Source: Octopus vulgaris (lineage: Eukaryota). From it: 64,000 nt of DNA. Both the position numbers and the translations under genes were made by a program. Of the stretch, positions 41,087-55,370 are shown in pieces. The DNA lies in the NCBI GenBank assembly GCA_951406725.2, contig OX597826.1:71424001-71488000 (forward strand), in the 5' to 3' direction. Positions within the stretch are counted from its first letter, which is position 1; every line of letters starts with the position of its first letter. Under the pieces are notes generated by a model that searched no databases, was not told the DNA's origin, and saw nothing but the letters and a program-made list of their open reading frames with translations.

Positions 41087-41760
41087 TTGTATGTGTGTGT
41101 ATATGTTTGTGTGCCTGTGTTTGTCCCTCTAGCATTGCTTGACAACCGATGATGGTGTGTTTACGTCTCCGTCACTTAGCGGTTCGGCAAAAGAGACCGA
41201 TAGAATAAGTACTGGGCTTACAAAGAATAAGTCCCGGGGTCGATTTGCTCGACTAAAGGCGGTGCTCCAGCATGGCCGCAGTCAAATGACTGAAACAAGT
41301 AAAAGAGTAATAAAAATAGAACTATTTAAAATCTGACCTAAGAAGAAACTTTCAAAACAAACAGAAAAACAAAGGGTGGGAATTGTTAGATATACAAGAA
41401 ATTAATATAAAAATTCTCAATTTTCCTGGATCCATTTTCTGTTTACGTAAAATTGTGCCCGAAGAACTAACTTGGAATTAAAAACATGAAATGTGAGTTA
41501 GCTCTCGAGTATAAATTTTCAAATGTAAACATGAAAGAATTTTATCAGTATTTGGGAGATTAATATCCTGAATTCAAACTATTTGCTGCTAGAATAATGT
41601 CCATGTTGCTAAAATCCATATGTATAAGTGCATTCTCTGGAATAATAAAAAATATTCAAGATTAGCTAATAACCATTTAAAGACAATAATGGAAGTTTCA
41701 ATTAACGAGTCATTATCTCCAAACTTTGATATTCTGGTAGAAAACAAGCCGAATTTCAGG
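38850..41760 (+). pseudogene. Second, heavily decayed hAT transposase interrupted by four SINEs
   Basis: SLTTDGVP, VHCIMHHEMLC, LSFMVDI motifs. SINEs at 39702-39932 (C, TSD GATATTGCTGA), 39998-40396 (B), 40620-40810 (C), 40896-41310 (B). Confidence 0.7.
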
Positions 41761-42298
41761 AGGTTATAGCATAAATTAAAACAAAGAACTTTATTTCATT
41801 TATTCGTGTCTGTTTAAGAAAGCGCGTGGCGTAGTGTTTAAGGTTTTGCGCTCACTATCGGCGGATGGTGGGTTTGTTTTCCTAGAGAGGGTGGTCTCAT
41901 TTTGCTTTGCTCCAATCCATTCAGTTGTAAATGAGTAAACCTACTACAGTCCGGCGTCCCATTCAAGGCAGATGACATCTCGGTTACTCATACTTCACGG
42001 AAACCGGGTAACCATCCCAATAAATCCCTAGAATTCCAGACACTGCTTTACATTTTTACTTTGTGTACATAAAAATAATTCTGGAAAATGATTTTATCAA
42101 ATTATTTTTATACGGCTATCATCTTTCAATTATCTGATCTTGTTACTGTGTCTCCTTGGTTGTCTACCCGTAGTTCCGGAGATCACTAGGAGTGAGGCAC
42201 CCCTGATCTTTTATTAAAGCATGACCCTAGAACCCACTGCTCCGATAATCGGCGATGATCTCGTCAGCGAATCCTCTGCGACGATCGATGGTCGACAA

Positions 42299-42858
42299 TC
42301 TGTTTCTTTATTACCCACAAGGGGCTAAACAGAGAGGGGACAAACAAGGACAGACAAACGGATTAAGTCGATTATATCGACCCCAGTGCGTAACTGGTAC
42401 TTAATTTATCGACCCCGAAAGGATGAAAGGCAAAGTCGACCACAGCGGAATTTGAACTCAGAATGTAGCGGACAAATAGAAATACCTATTTCTTTATTAC
42501 CCACAAGGGGCTAAACACAGAGGGGTCAAACAAGGACAGACATAGGTATTAAGTCGATTACATCGACCCCAGTGCGTAACTGGTACTTAATTTATCGACC
42601 CCGAAAGGATGAAAGGCAAAGTCGACCACAGCGGAATTTGAACTCAGAATGTAGCGGACAAATAGAAATACCTATTTCTTTATTACCCACAAGGGGCTAA
42701 ACACAGAGGGGTCAAACAAGGACAGACATAGGTATTAAGTCGATTACATCGACCCCAGTGCGTAACTGGTACTTAATTTATCGACCCCGAAAGGATGAAA
42801 GGCAAAGTCGACCACAGCGGAATTTGAACTCAGAATGTAGCGGACAAATAGAAATACC
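42299..42858 (-). mobile_element. Headless SINE family C array, 3 bodies
   Basis: Boundaries 42299, 42485, 42671 (186 bp period) with a shared variant junction. Confidence 0.9.
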
Positions 42859-43017
42859 ATCCTACGCAATAATGAGACATTGGCCCAAGGAATTCGGCGC
42901 CAAAACTTGCACTGATTTTAAAAAAGTTATCAGTAGATTATTTTGCATAAAAAAATAAATAATTAGTTAAATATACAACAGATTTATTTGTTTTGTGCGT
43001 TATTTTAATAAGACATA

Positions 43018-43166
43018 ATTTCTTTACTACCCACAAGGGGCTAAACACAGAGGGGACAATCAAGGACAGACAAAGGGATTCAGTCGATTATATCGACCCC
43101 AGTGCGTAACTGGTACTTAATTTATCGACCCCGAAAGGATGAAAGGCAAAGTCAACCTCGGCGGAA
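43018..43166 (-). mobile_element. 5'-truncated SINE family C
   Basis: 19 bp TSD GTTATTTTAATAAGACATA (42999-43017, 43167-43185). Confidence 0.9.
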
Positions 43167-43248
43167 GTTATTTTAATAAGACATATCTATTTGTTTATTA
43201 TTTTTTTATACGAAATTTATAAATATGAAGTCCGAATATAAGTTTGAC

Positions 43249-43551
43249 TGTGGTTAGGGATATTCGGCTAACGATTGAAAGGTCGTGAGTTCGATACCGG
43301 TGCATTCTGTCCTTGAGCAAGATGGTTTATTTCACGTTGGTTCAGTCCACTCAACCGACAAAAAGAGTTGTACTAGTACGCCAAAGGGGCCAGTCTTGTC
43401 ACATTGTGTCTCGCTGAATCCCCCTGAGAATTACGTTAAGGGTCAGGTGTCTATGCAGTGTTCAGCCACTTGCACGTTAATTTTCACGAGCAGGCTCTTT
43501 CCGTTGATCCGATCAGCTGGAATCCTCGTCGTCATAACCGACCGAGTGCCA
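43249..43551 (+). mobile_element. SINE with family D-type head/core and family A tail
   Basis: GTCCTTGAGCAAG..TTTCACGTTG..CAGTCCACTCA core, then a tail matching 50625-50790. Confidence 0.7.
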
Positions 43552-44589
43552 GATGGTAGCCATCGCAGTACTGGTGGTTGCAAAACGCCTTAGACACGCG
43601 CAGGGTCCTAATGTTGAGTGATAAACTGTTCTGCTTGCACTGGTTCACTATCCGAGCGTTGTGACTCGTGGGATTTTGTCCAAAATCTGTTGTCAGATGT
43701 GGGGTGGATACGGTTAACAATCAAGTCTATAGAGAGGATTGGCTCGTTGCCTTCTTTTTGCAAAAGTGCTGGAAACTTTCCTGTGTTTTGACTGGTGAAA
43801 GTGATTGAATAATGGACACGGCTGTGAATAGGTGCAGACATGGCTCTATGGTTAAACAGCTCGCTTTGCAAGCATGTGGTTACTGGTTCAACCGTACCTT
43901 AGGTATGTGCGATACCTAAAGTGAGTGTCTCTTACGATAACCCCGGGCCCACTCATGACTAATGCCTTGTAAGGGAATGTGATGGACTTAAACGGTGTGA
44001 ATGTCCGTCGTATGTATAAATATAGGTGTGCGTGTGTGCGTGTATTTGCGTGTTGTTTGACAACTGGTGTTGGTTTGTTTAAAACCCCGTAACTTGACAT
44101 TCGGCAAAATAAACCGATTGAGTCAGTATCAGACTTAACCAAAATAATTACTGGTAACGATTTGTTCGATTTAACCTTTCAAGAAGACTTTCCATTCCGG
44201 AAAAGTTCAGCGTATAAAATACAATCGCTTTTCAGATGCATTTACCTATGCTAATAACTTTTCTCGATAACAAGCATTATCACCTGAATCACGATAAAAT
44301 CATGATGAGAATAAGGACAGGCTGGAAGGCGTTTCTTTTGATTAAAAAAAAACGTGCTTATTGCAAAGCTAGATAAGACCATATGTACCGGTCTCTTCAA
44401 AATCGCCTTCCAGCCTGTCCTTATTCTCATCATGATTTTATTGTCTTTTGTCTCGGTACATATTCGCTTGTACTCCTTTGTCTTCTCGGTTTTATCGCTT
44501 CCCATCTCTATTCGGCCTTGAGCTACGTCTTCAGATCGCATATATTTTGTTTTCTTGCGGTTTATTTAAAGCCTAACGACATCCGATAG

Positions 44590-45600
44590 CAGACTATCGG
44601 ATGTCGTTATACACCGCTGATCACGATGTGCTTCCATTTCTTTCTTAATTGCGCTATTCTTTTGCATCTTAGTCCAAATTCTTTTACTGCATCGAGTTCC
44701 CGTCGTCGTGAAGGCCTTCCTACTGGCTTTTTTCGAATCTCTGGGATACCACTTGACAACTGCACGGGTCCACATGTTGTTTGTGAAACTTGCGACAAGT
44801 CCGATCCAGCGGACCTTGTGCTTTCGGTACTCTCCAATCCCTTGTTCCCTTCATTTCGTTTTCGAATCATCTCGTTTCGGGTAATGCTCACACAACAGTA
44901 TTTCTAACATGAATCTTCCTATGACCCTTTGTGTGGTAGCCAATCGATGCCCTTCCCTCTTCGTAGTAGCCCGCGTCTCACTGCAAGTAGGGCAGTGATT
45001 TTGAAGAGACCGGTACATATGGTCTTATCTAGCTTTGCAATAAGCACGTTTTTTTTTTATCAAAAGAAACGCCTTCCAGCCTGTCCTTATTCTCATCATG
45101 ATTTTATCGTCTTTTGTCTCGGTACATATTCGCTTGTACTCCTTTGTCTTCTCGGTTTTATCGCTTCCCATCTCTATTCGGCCTTGAGCTACGTCTTCAG
45201 ATCGCATATATTTTGTTTTCTTGCGGTTTATTTAAAGCCTACAGATGAACTATGAATGTCCGGCTCCGTCTGGGACTTCGGCGATGAGTACGATGTCATC
45301 TGAGAATCGGAGGGCTGTTAGTAACTCGCCATTGATTTCAAGCTACTTCGCCAATCAATGTCTCTGATGACTATTTCTAGACATGCGAAGACCTTTGTAT
45401 ATTTGATGCCCTAACAAGTGGCGATAATAGTGCTATGTCAGTGGTGCATCCAGCTTTCGCATCTCTAAGCAGTTTAATGCGTTGCACTTCGACTCTAGGC
45501 ATTTTCAGAGATTTAAGTATTGAGTTCATCTTGGTGCTATCAAAGGCTTTTCGTAATCAGCGCGAAAATGATATACTACTGTCCTTCGGGTTATATTATT
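44590..45600 (-). pseudogene. Decayed RTE LINE reverse transcriptase
   Basis: DYEKAFDS, LRFSDDIVLIA, RIRTGWKAF, WTRAVVKWYPR, KPVGRP..R across frameshifts. Confidence 0.85.
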
Positions 45601-45981
45601 TGTTAGTTTCAATGTATTTCCTTCCTTTTTCAGCGACTTTTCACATTCTTTCATTTTCTTTGGTTCCATTTTCCATTTCCTTTCATGTAATTCCAGCGCG
45701 TCGGCCTCCTGCTGGCGCCTTCTCCATTTTCCACAATGGGGAAAAAACAACAATTGAAAGATAACAACAATCTGTAGTTTCAACAATAACAACAATATTG
45801 GGTACACCCATGAGGGGTGACCATCAATGAATATTCAACAAAGGATTCACAAATAACACGACAAAACCAACTCCGATACAAATAACTCAAACCACCTACT
45901 CCGTACTGATTTCTTTATTAGGCACTACGACCTAGGACAGACTAGACACCACAGTGGCGACAAAAAACAGAAACCGAATGA

Positions 45982-47997
45982 AAATGTTATATAATGAAAA
46001 TGAAATGGCTGCATGAGACCCACTTCTCATGCAGTACCATTTGAATAGTTTAATCTCTTTACAATCGTTCAACTTGCTTTGTATTTTTCATTACTGTTGT
46101 AAATGTTATGTAATGAAAATGAAAAGGCTGCATGAGACCCACTTCTCATGCAGTACCATTTGAATAGTTTAATCTCTTTACAATCGTTCAACTTGCTTTG
46201 TATTTTTCATTACTGTTGTAAATGTTATGTAATGAAAATGAAATGGCTGCATGAGACCCACTTCTCATGCAGTACCATTTGAATAGTTTAATCTCTTTAC
46301 AATCGTTCAACTTGCTTTGTATTTTTCATTACTGTTGTAAATGTTATGTAATGAAAATGAAATGGCTGCATGAGACCCACTTCTCATGCAGTACCATTTG
46401 AATAGTTTAATCTCTTTACAATCGTTCAACTTGCTTTGTATTTTTCATTACTGTTGTAAATGTTATGTAATGAAAATGAAATGGCTGCATGAGACCCACT
46501 TCTCATGCAGCACCATTTGAATAGTTTAATCTCTTTACAATCGTTCAACTTGCTTTGTATTTTTCATTACTGTTGTAAATGTTATGTAATGAAAATGAAA
46601 TGGCTGCATGAGACCCACTTCTCATGCAGTACCATTTGAATAGTTTAATCTCTTTACAATCGTTCAACTTGCTTTGTATTTTTCATTACTGTTGTAAATG
46701 TTATGTAATGAAAATGAAATGGCTGCATGAGACCCACTTCTCATGCAGCACCATTTGAATAGTTTAATCTCTTTACAATCGTTCAACTTGCTTTGTATTT
46801 TTCATTACTGTTGTAAATGTTATGTAATGAAAATGAAATGGCTGCATGAGACCCACTTCTCATGCAGTACCATTTGAATAGTTTAATCTCTTTACAATCG
46901 TTCAACTTGCTTTGTATTTTTCATTACTGTTGTAAATGTTATGTAATGAAAATGAAATGGCTGCATGAGACCCACTTCTCATGCAGTACCATTTGAATAG
47001 TTTAATCTCTTTACAATCGTTCAACTTGCTTTGTATTTTTCATTACTGTTGTAAATGTTATGTAATGAAAATGAAATGGCTGCATGAGACCCACTTCTCA
47101 TGCAGTACCATTTGAATAGTTTAATCTCTTTACAATCGTTCAACTTGCTTTGTATTTTTCATTACTGTTGTAAATGTTATGTAATGAAAATGAAATGGCT
47201 GCATGAGACCCACTTCTCATGCAGTACCATTTGAATAGTTTAATCTCTTTACAATCGTTCAACTTGCTTTGTATTTTTCATTACTGTTGTAAATGTTATG
47301 TAATGAAAATGAAATGGCTGCATGAGACCCACTTCTCATGCAGCACCATTTGAATAGTTTAATCTCTTTACAATCGTTCAACTTGCTTTGTATTTTTCAT
47401 TACTGTTGTAAATGTTATGTAATGAAAATGAAAAGGCTGCATGAGACCCACTTCTCATGCAGCACCATTTGAATAGTTTAATCTCTTTACAATCGTTCAA
47501 CTTGCTTTGTATTTTTCATTACTGTTGTAAATGTTATGTAATGAAAATGAAATGGCTGCATGAGACCCACTTCTCATGCAGCACCATTTGAATAGTTTAA
47601 TCTCTTTACAATCGTTCAACTTGCTTTGTATTTTTCATTACTGTTGTAAATGTTATGTAATGAAAATGAAAAGGCTGCATGAGACCCACTTCTCATGCAG
47701 TACCATTTGAATAGTTTAATCTCTTTACAATCGTTCAACTTGCTTTGTATTTTTCATTACTGTTGTAAATGTTATGTAATGAAAATGAAAAGGCTGCATG
47801 AGACCCACTTCTCATGCAGTACCATTTGAATAGTTTAATCTCTTTACAATCGTTCAACTTGCTTTGTATTTTTCATTACTGTTGTAAATGTTATGTAATG
47901 AAAATGAAAAGGCTGCATGAGACCCACTTCTCATGCAGTACCATTTGAAGTTTAATCTTTACAATCGTTCAACTTGCTTTGTATTTTTCCTTACCGT
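45982..47997. repeat. 119 bp tandem satellite, 17 copies, one hairpin per unit
   Basis: Period 119 (45982 to 47886); each unit has CTGCATGAGA-CCCACT-TCTCATGCAG. Confidence 0.98.
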
Positions 47998-47999
47998 TC

Positions 48000-48990
48000 T
48001 TCCTTGTCTCTCTTTTTAACAATAGAATGATTTAACTTACTTTTTCTTTTTTAGTATTTCATGAAGGGTTTGATATCTTTCAGTTTCACCACCGGTGGTA
48101 ATTCATCGAATTCCACCGCTACTCCGGGGGTGTGAAGATCCCTCCACACATATTATTCAGCTTGTTGTATTTCTCTCTGTCGATCAAAATGGCCTTTACA
48201 TTCTCCGAATACATGTCTGTCGGCAGTTTTACCTTTATAATAGACTTAAATGTTGTGATTTTCCGTTCTATTTTCTTGTTTTTCGCGTATGACACAAAAC
48301 GCCATCGATTTTTGGACTTTCTTACTAGCTTTCCCTTTTCCTCCTCCACTGCTGGTACCATTTCTCTTCCCACTCTGAATAATTCCTCCATTTCACCTTC
48401 GTATAATTGTTCTGAATCCTCCTCCTCCTCTACTGGTACAATCCTTCTGCAACTTCTCTACGCACTCCTTTCCAATTTCTTTTTCGACCACCATTTTATC
48501 TTCCTTCCGTCTGACTTCCTTTATAACCTCTTCCTCTGACGTTTCTTCTTTTTTTTTTTTTGTCTTTCTGGCGAAGAGCTTACTCTATCGCTTCTCTTTC
48601 ATTTTTTTACCAGCGTTAATCCTTCATCCGTTCTTGTCTCCTTTACCTCGACTTGTACCTCTTGGTCTGCACTTTCTTGCTTCACCATCTCTTCCGTCTG
48701 TGGTTCTTTCTAGAGGCACCTCGCTTTCATGTGGCCTTTTTCTTCACATTCATAGCATATGGGCGGCCTACCTTCTACCACCACTCGCAGTCTTACGTCC
48801 TCAGGAAGAACTATTTCTTCCGAGATTCGATTGAGGTCATCTATACTCGCTTGAATGGCCAATTCTAAGCCATATCCCCAAGACTCTTTTTGTTCTGGTG
48901 GCCTTGAGAATCTTCGCCTCCTCCTTCTGCTCCATATTGTACATAATGACTGCCATCAGCCATGTTTCCTTTATCGCTTAAGTGATCGTA
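48000..48990 (-). pseudogene. LINE (L1/Tx1-like) ORF1 remnant with CCHC knuckle
   Basis: VEGRPPICYECEEKGHMKARC at about 48716-48778, followed by a Lys/Glu-rich region with stops. Confidence 0.7.
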
Positions 48991-49057
48991 TTTTATGTGT
49001 AATAATCCTTTCTACTCTAGGCACAAGCCTTGAAATGTTGTGGAAGGGGACTAGCCG

Positions 49058-49200
49058 ATTGTAATCGACCCCAGTGTTTCACTGGTTCTTAATTTATCGA
49101 CCCCGAAAAGATGAAAAGCAAAGTCGACCTCGGCGGAATTTGAACTCAGAACGCTAAGCATTTCTTCCAGCGCGCTGACGATTCTGCCTGCTCGCCGCCT
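49058..49200 (-). mobile_element. SINE family C, internally deleted
   Basis: Head and body homology. Confidence 0.8.
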
Positions 49201-50423
49201 CACTTTATGTGTAATAATCGCATGTAAGGTTTAAAATTAATCTCAAATGTACTGATTGGGATTGTTTTCATTTGGCCCGTTTCTTTTGTTTTGTCTAAAA
49301 CATACAGTGTTTCTTTATAGTCTCTCTGTGTATTTTGTGTGTAATAACAATCACATATCAATCATAAAATAAGTGTTGTTGTTATTTCTGTTGTTGCTCA
49401 GAAGGCTTGCGTTCTATTGCGTTCTTTCACTATCGAATACAGCTCTGTGCGCTTTGGGCATCGTGGGTTGTTTTACATTTGTTGTTTCGACTGTATCGAA
49501 AGTCACTATACAACATGTATTTCATGCCTAGAAGTACTCTTTTCTATATGGTGTACATAGTTCTAAGTCCTTGGGGGTTCTGGGTTATGTATTTGCTTCC
49601 CTGTTTCTTCAATATTTTCCAAGACATTATTACAGAGTCTGTTTTTATTTTCTTTTGGGATAATTTTTGGATAACTGAGATTTACTTTATTTGTAAAGTA
49701 TTGTGGAAGGGTTCCCACCACCCTTCTAGTGACTATAAGGTGGTCTGTCTTGTGCTGTCCCCTCTGTGTTATGATCTAAGTGCCAAATAAAGAATAATCG
49801 TGCTGGTAGCGATTTTCTGTCAAATCATTTTGATTCCCGTGGATGTAAGTCGTATTGTTGTACATTTGGTGATGGTCTCCCCGGACGGGTGAAGCTATGA
49901 TTTGTTGAATTGTTGGAGCTGTCAACTTTGAGAAAAAAAATTGAAATTCTTTTTAAGTTTGGAAGAAAATTCGACATTCACGAACTCTTGAAGTTGAGAG
50001 AGTTCCAAATTAATTGAATCTGTATAACAATGTACAACTTCTGTCTGTGATACAGCTTTTCTGTCTTTACTGACATCGACCTGTCCCCTAACCCTTTCTT
50101 GAAACCTTTTCTTTCTCATCAACAAATCGCAAAACGTGTGACTGTTAAGGTTTCATTCGAAGGTTTGTAGTCTCACCAAACTCAACAGCAACAAATACTG
50201 TTTCCCCGATCATTGGCTTAGTTACACCTTCACTTGTAACAGCTATACAACTGAACGATTTCGTTTTGAATATCACTTGAAAGTGATATTCATTTTCAAT
50301 ATCGCTTCAAAGCTGAGAAAATGTCTCCTTACATCGACAAACTAACAGACGTGGAGAAACGGAAAAATTTGTTCAGAATGGGTCATCTTGTCAATTCCTC
50401 AGACTATTCATAATACTTTCAAT

Positions 50424-50797
50424 GTGGAGGCGCAATGGCCCAGTGGTTAGGGTAGCGGACTCGCGGTTTCGATTCCCAGACCGGGCGTTGTGAGTGTTTA
50501 TTGAGCGAAAACACCTAAAAGCTCCACGAGGCTCCGGCAGGGGATGGTGGTGATCCCTGCTGTACTCTTTCACCACAACTTTCTCTCACTCTTACTTCCT
50601 GTTTCTGTTGTACCTGTATTTCAAAGGGCCGGCCTTGTCACTCTCTGTGTCACGCTGAATATCACCGAGAACTACGTTAAGGGTGCACGTGTCTGTGGAG
50701 TGCTCAGCCACTTACACGTTAATTTCACGAGCAGGCTGTTCCGTTGATTCGGATCAACCGGAACCCTCGTCGTCATAACCGACGGAGTGCTTCCATC
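50424..50797 (+). mobile_element. SINE family A, near full length
   Basis: 15 bp TSD CATAATACTTTCAAT (50409-50423, 50798-50812); A and B boxes. Confidence 0.93.
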
Positions 50798-51168
50798 CAT
50801 AATACTTTCAATCAAAATAACAATGACATTCCTTGCTGTCCACTACGGCTTTGATTTTTAGCTTAAGCTTTGGTTTCTCTTTTCCAAGAATGATAAATAT
50901 TCTTCTCATCTGTTTCAAAGTTGGGGGAAGCAGAGGGAAAACTGAACTAATTGACCCTTTTGCCATCCTGGCGGGTGATTGAAAGCATGAGAAATTCTAC
51001 TGGGTTATAATCCTTAAACGAATTGAAGCTTTACGCTAATAGATAACTTGGGTGCTAGTTTACTTTTTTACGCAAACTTTCTCAAAAAAACTTTAAAAAC
51101 TTGAAATTAAATTTTAAAGAATTGGTTTGAACGAATGGAATGGATGGATGTAAAACTTTACTATTTAA

Positions 51169-51448
<280 letters not shown>

Positions 51449-51574
51449 CAGTTTCTTCTTTTCCCTCTGTGTGAAATTGTCAAGAAAACTCTGGGGTCAC
51501 ATGACTGAATTCAGGTCTTAAGAAGGGATCAAAAATACTCCCTCTATTGGTAAAATCTTTTTAGAAAGCAAGCG

Positions 51575-51752
51575 TGGATGTGTGGTAAGAAGTTTGCTTC
51601 CCAACCACATGGTTCCGGGTTCAATCTTCTACTGGTGTCTTCATGGGCCGACTGAAACCTTGTAAGAGGACTTGATAGAGGGGAAATTTTTTTAAAAAAC
51701 CGTCGTATGTGTGTGTGTGTGTGTGTGTGTGTGTATGGGTATATGTGTGCGG

Positions 51753-51792
<40 letters not shown>

Positions 51793-51995
51793 CTGTGTTT
51801 GTCCTTCACCAACGCTTGACAACCGGCATTGGTGTGTTTACGTTTCCGTAACTTAACAGTTCGGTACAAGAGACCAAAAGAATAAGCACCAGGTTTTAAA
51901 AAACGTACTGGGATAGATTCCTTATTCTGAAAATTATTTAAGGTGGTGCCCCAGCATGGCCACAACCTATTGATTGAAACAAGTAGAAGATAAAA
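51575..51995 (+). mobile_element. Old SINE family B
   Basis: Diverged homology. Confidence 0.8.
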
Positions 51996-52459
51996 GATGA
52001 AATGTGTATTCTTCGGTACCGAATAATCATACGAAATATATCAGAAAGCAATCAAACTTGTAAGTTGACTGAATATGCATTTCTCGTCTAAATCTGGCCG
52101 ATGATGAGGGAAGCCTCTGGAAAGTTCTCTGAATAGGCAAGCTTTTGATCTTTGCTGCACAGGACAGTAAAAACATCAGCACTTCAAGAGAAAAAAAAAT
52201 GTTGACGACGTGTCTGCTGGCTTAACACGGCTGAAAGGCAAGCAGTAAAATATCTGCTTTCTCTTTCTTGACCACTCACTCATTTTTTGTTTTGACCCTC
52301 TTTTTGACGATCCCTTCTCGAAAATAATAGAATACAAAGAAAAGAGCACCACTGCTCTTACTATGAGTGAAAGTAAGCAGTAAAAAATTTGCTTTCCTTC
52401 GCCTTTCTTCCTGTTGACCACTCACCCGTTTATTTTGCCCCACCATACACATTCTTTCG

Positions 52460-53435
52460 GCTATGGCGAAAGAATGTGTATGGTGGACGCGTCTGAAATG
52501 TCTAGAGACAAACGCTTTCCTCTCTGGTCAATCTCTCATCAACTTCTTCAAGTATAGGCGCAGAAGTGGCTGTGTGGTAAGTAGCTTGCTTAGCAACCAC
52601 ATGGTTCTGGGTTCAGACCCACTGCGTGGCACCTTCGGCAAGTGTCTTCTACTATAGCTTTGGGCCGACCAATGCCTTGTGAGTGGATTTGGTAGACGGA
52701 AACTGAAAGAAGCCTGTCGTATATATGTATATATATATATGTGTATGTGTGTGTCTATGTTTGTCCCCCCAACATCGCTTGACAACCGATGTTGGTGTGT
52801 TTACGTCCCCGTAACTTAGCGGTTCGGCAAAAGAGACCGATAGAATAAGTACTAGGCTTACAAAGAATAAGTCCTGGGGTCGATTTGCTCGACTAAAAGG
52901 CGGTGCTCCAGCATGGCCGCAGTCAAATGACTGAAACAAGTAAAAGAGTATCACTTGAAGAGGAAAGTGAGAGTAGAGAGGGAAGTTTTGTCTAGTGAAT
53001 GTTTCAATAAAAGATGGGTGAATGTAGCAAGGATGTCACGTGTGAATGACGGAGCCAGTTTGAGCATAATCCTATGAACCAAAAAACGAAAGGAAAAAAA
53101 GGGACCCACTTACTGTAATGTGTTTTCTTTTTGCATGACCCTATTACCCAATGTCCCCATGGTCTTTTCCGTAGGCTTTTCTATCCACGGATAAACCTAA
53201 TCTGTTTTCCTTTTACATTGAAATTTCTGTGATACACGATCCCTATTGATTGTCCCCAACTTTTTCTTTTTTTTTTTTTTTTATGATTCCTTTTGATCGG
53301 AATTCGACCCACTTTTCCTTTTTTCTTTTTTTTTTTCTTTTTAATTTCTTTCTCCTTCTTTTCTTCCCAAAAAGAAAAGCTCTACTTTGTATTTTGTCCT
53401 GTGTGCGTTCAACCTTGCGTGGCCTATAAAGAAAT
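52460..53435 (+). mobile_element. L1/Tx1-like LINE 3' end (ORF2 C-terminus + 3' UTR) split by a family B SINE at 52556-52950
   Basis: AKECVWWTRLK...LINFFKY continues after the SINE as HLKRKVRVEREVLSSECFNKRWVNVARM; T-rich UTR ends TATAAAGAAA. Confidence 0.75.
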
Positions 53436-53874
53436 CTATCTTGCCCCACTTTTTGACGCACCTTTGTCGAGGAGAATAATAGAATACGAAGCGACTAGTA
53501 CCGCTCCTCTTACTGACTGACAACGACCGAAAGCAAGCAGAAAAATTCGCCTTTAACCACTCAATCATTTGTTTCGCCATCGCAGAAAAGCAATTAATCC
53601 ACACCTTTTCCTTCTTTCCTCGAAAAGCAAACACGAGCTTTCACTACTTACACTTGTTAAACGATACTGATTGTTTACAATTTATTCTGAGAAATGAAGG
53701 AATGCGAAATATAAGCAAAAATAACTACAATGAATCTAGTGAAAATTATCAATAATTAATAATATATTACACAAACATTATTAATCAAGGAAAAATAGTA
53801 AGACATGCATTGCATACGTAGAACCTTCACCCCTGTAATGTGCGTGTGTGTGTGTGAATATACAATATATAATA

Positions 53875-53935
<61 letters not shown>

Positions 53936-53939
53936 GTTA

Positions 53940-54514
<575 letters not shown>

Positions 54515-54607
54515 GGAAATATTACTTCCGAGTACACAGGAAAATGACGTTCAAATTAGATGTACTAAAATGAACATCTCTCAATGTTTAATTCGTATAT
54601 GTAAAAG

Positions 54608-55033
54608 TAATTTTAGAGACAGAACCACCTTCAACTCAATCAACACTTAAAGGTTTTATACCCGACCACTCCATAAAATGTTAAAAATTAAATCTTATAC
54701 AAACTATATCTATTCTGAATCCTGTAATTTCCGTTTATAAGACTACACGTGTTTCATGAAAGTACGTCGGTAATGATTAGATACGAGGTATCTAGTTTCA
54801 ATACTTACTCGGGTCGACATACTCCCAATCTTCAGGTCTGGATTCCACAACATTTTTACTACCCCTATCTCTTATATACTTTCATGAAACACGTGTAGCC
54901 TTATAAACGGAAAATGCAGGATTCAGAATAGATATAGTTAGTATAAGATTTAATTTTTAACATTTTATGGAGTGGTCGGGTAAAAAACCTTTCAGTGTTG
55001 ATTGAGTTGAAGGTGGTTCTGTCTATAAAATTA
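54608..55033. mobile_element. Fold-back Penelope-like remnant next to (TA)n
   Basis: About 157 bp inverted arms; spacer carries CTGAAGA...GAAAC plus a hairpin on the minus strand. Confidence 0.65.
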
Positions 55034-55370
55034 TATATATATATATATATATGTGTAATATTTTGAACTAATGAGTGTACGTCAGTTAGTGTGGTGATGT
55101 GTTGATTAAAGCACTGGCACAGTTTGGGCAACCTGTTGTCATCCAAAAAAATGTCAATTAGACGTACATACTGAGTATTAAGATAGACACGCTCAGTGGA
55201 AGTTTTAAATGGAAAAAGAACAGGAGTGGAAATGATGTTTCGAGCATGGGCTCTTCGTGAGAAAGAAGAAACAAATGCGGAGAGAAGGGAACGAGGTAAG
55301 GAGCAGATTGCTTGGAGAAAAGCCCGTGTTCGTTACACGACCGAAAAATAAAGGAGTGGAAGCTGGAGAG

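Noticed and set aside
45982-47997. CRISPR-like palindromic repeat array
   Set aside because: Sequence between hairpins is identical in all units, so it is a satellite; no hammerhead core found on either strand.
49200-50130. Coding-like minus-strand region upstream of the ORF1 remnant
   Set aside because: No recognisable motif; too decayed to call.
50424-50490. tRNA gene
   Set aside because: A and B boxes belong to a SINE head: no complete cloverleaf, and it is followed by SINE body and TSD.
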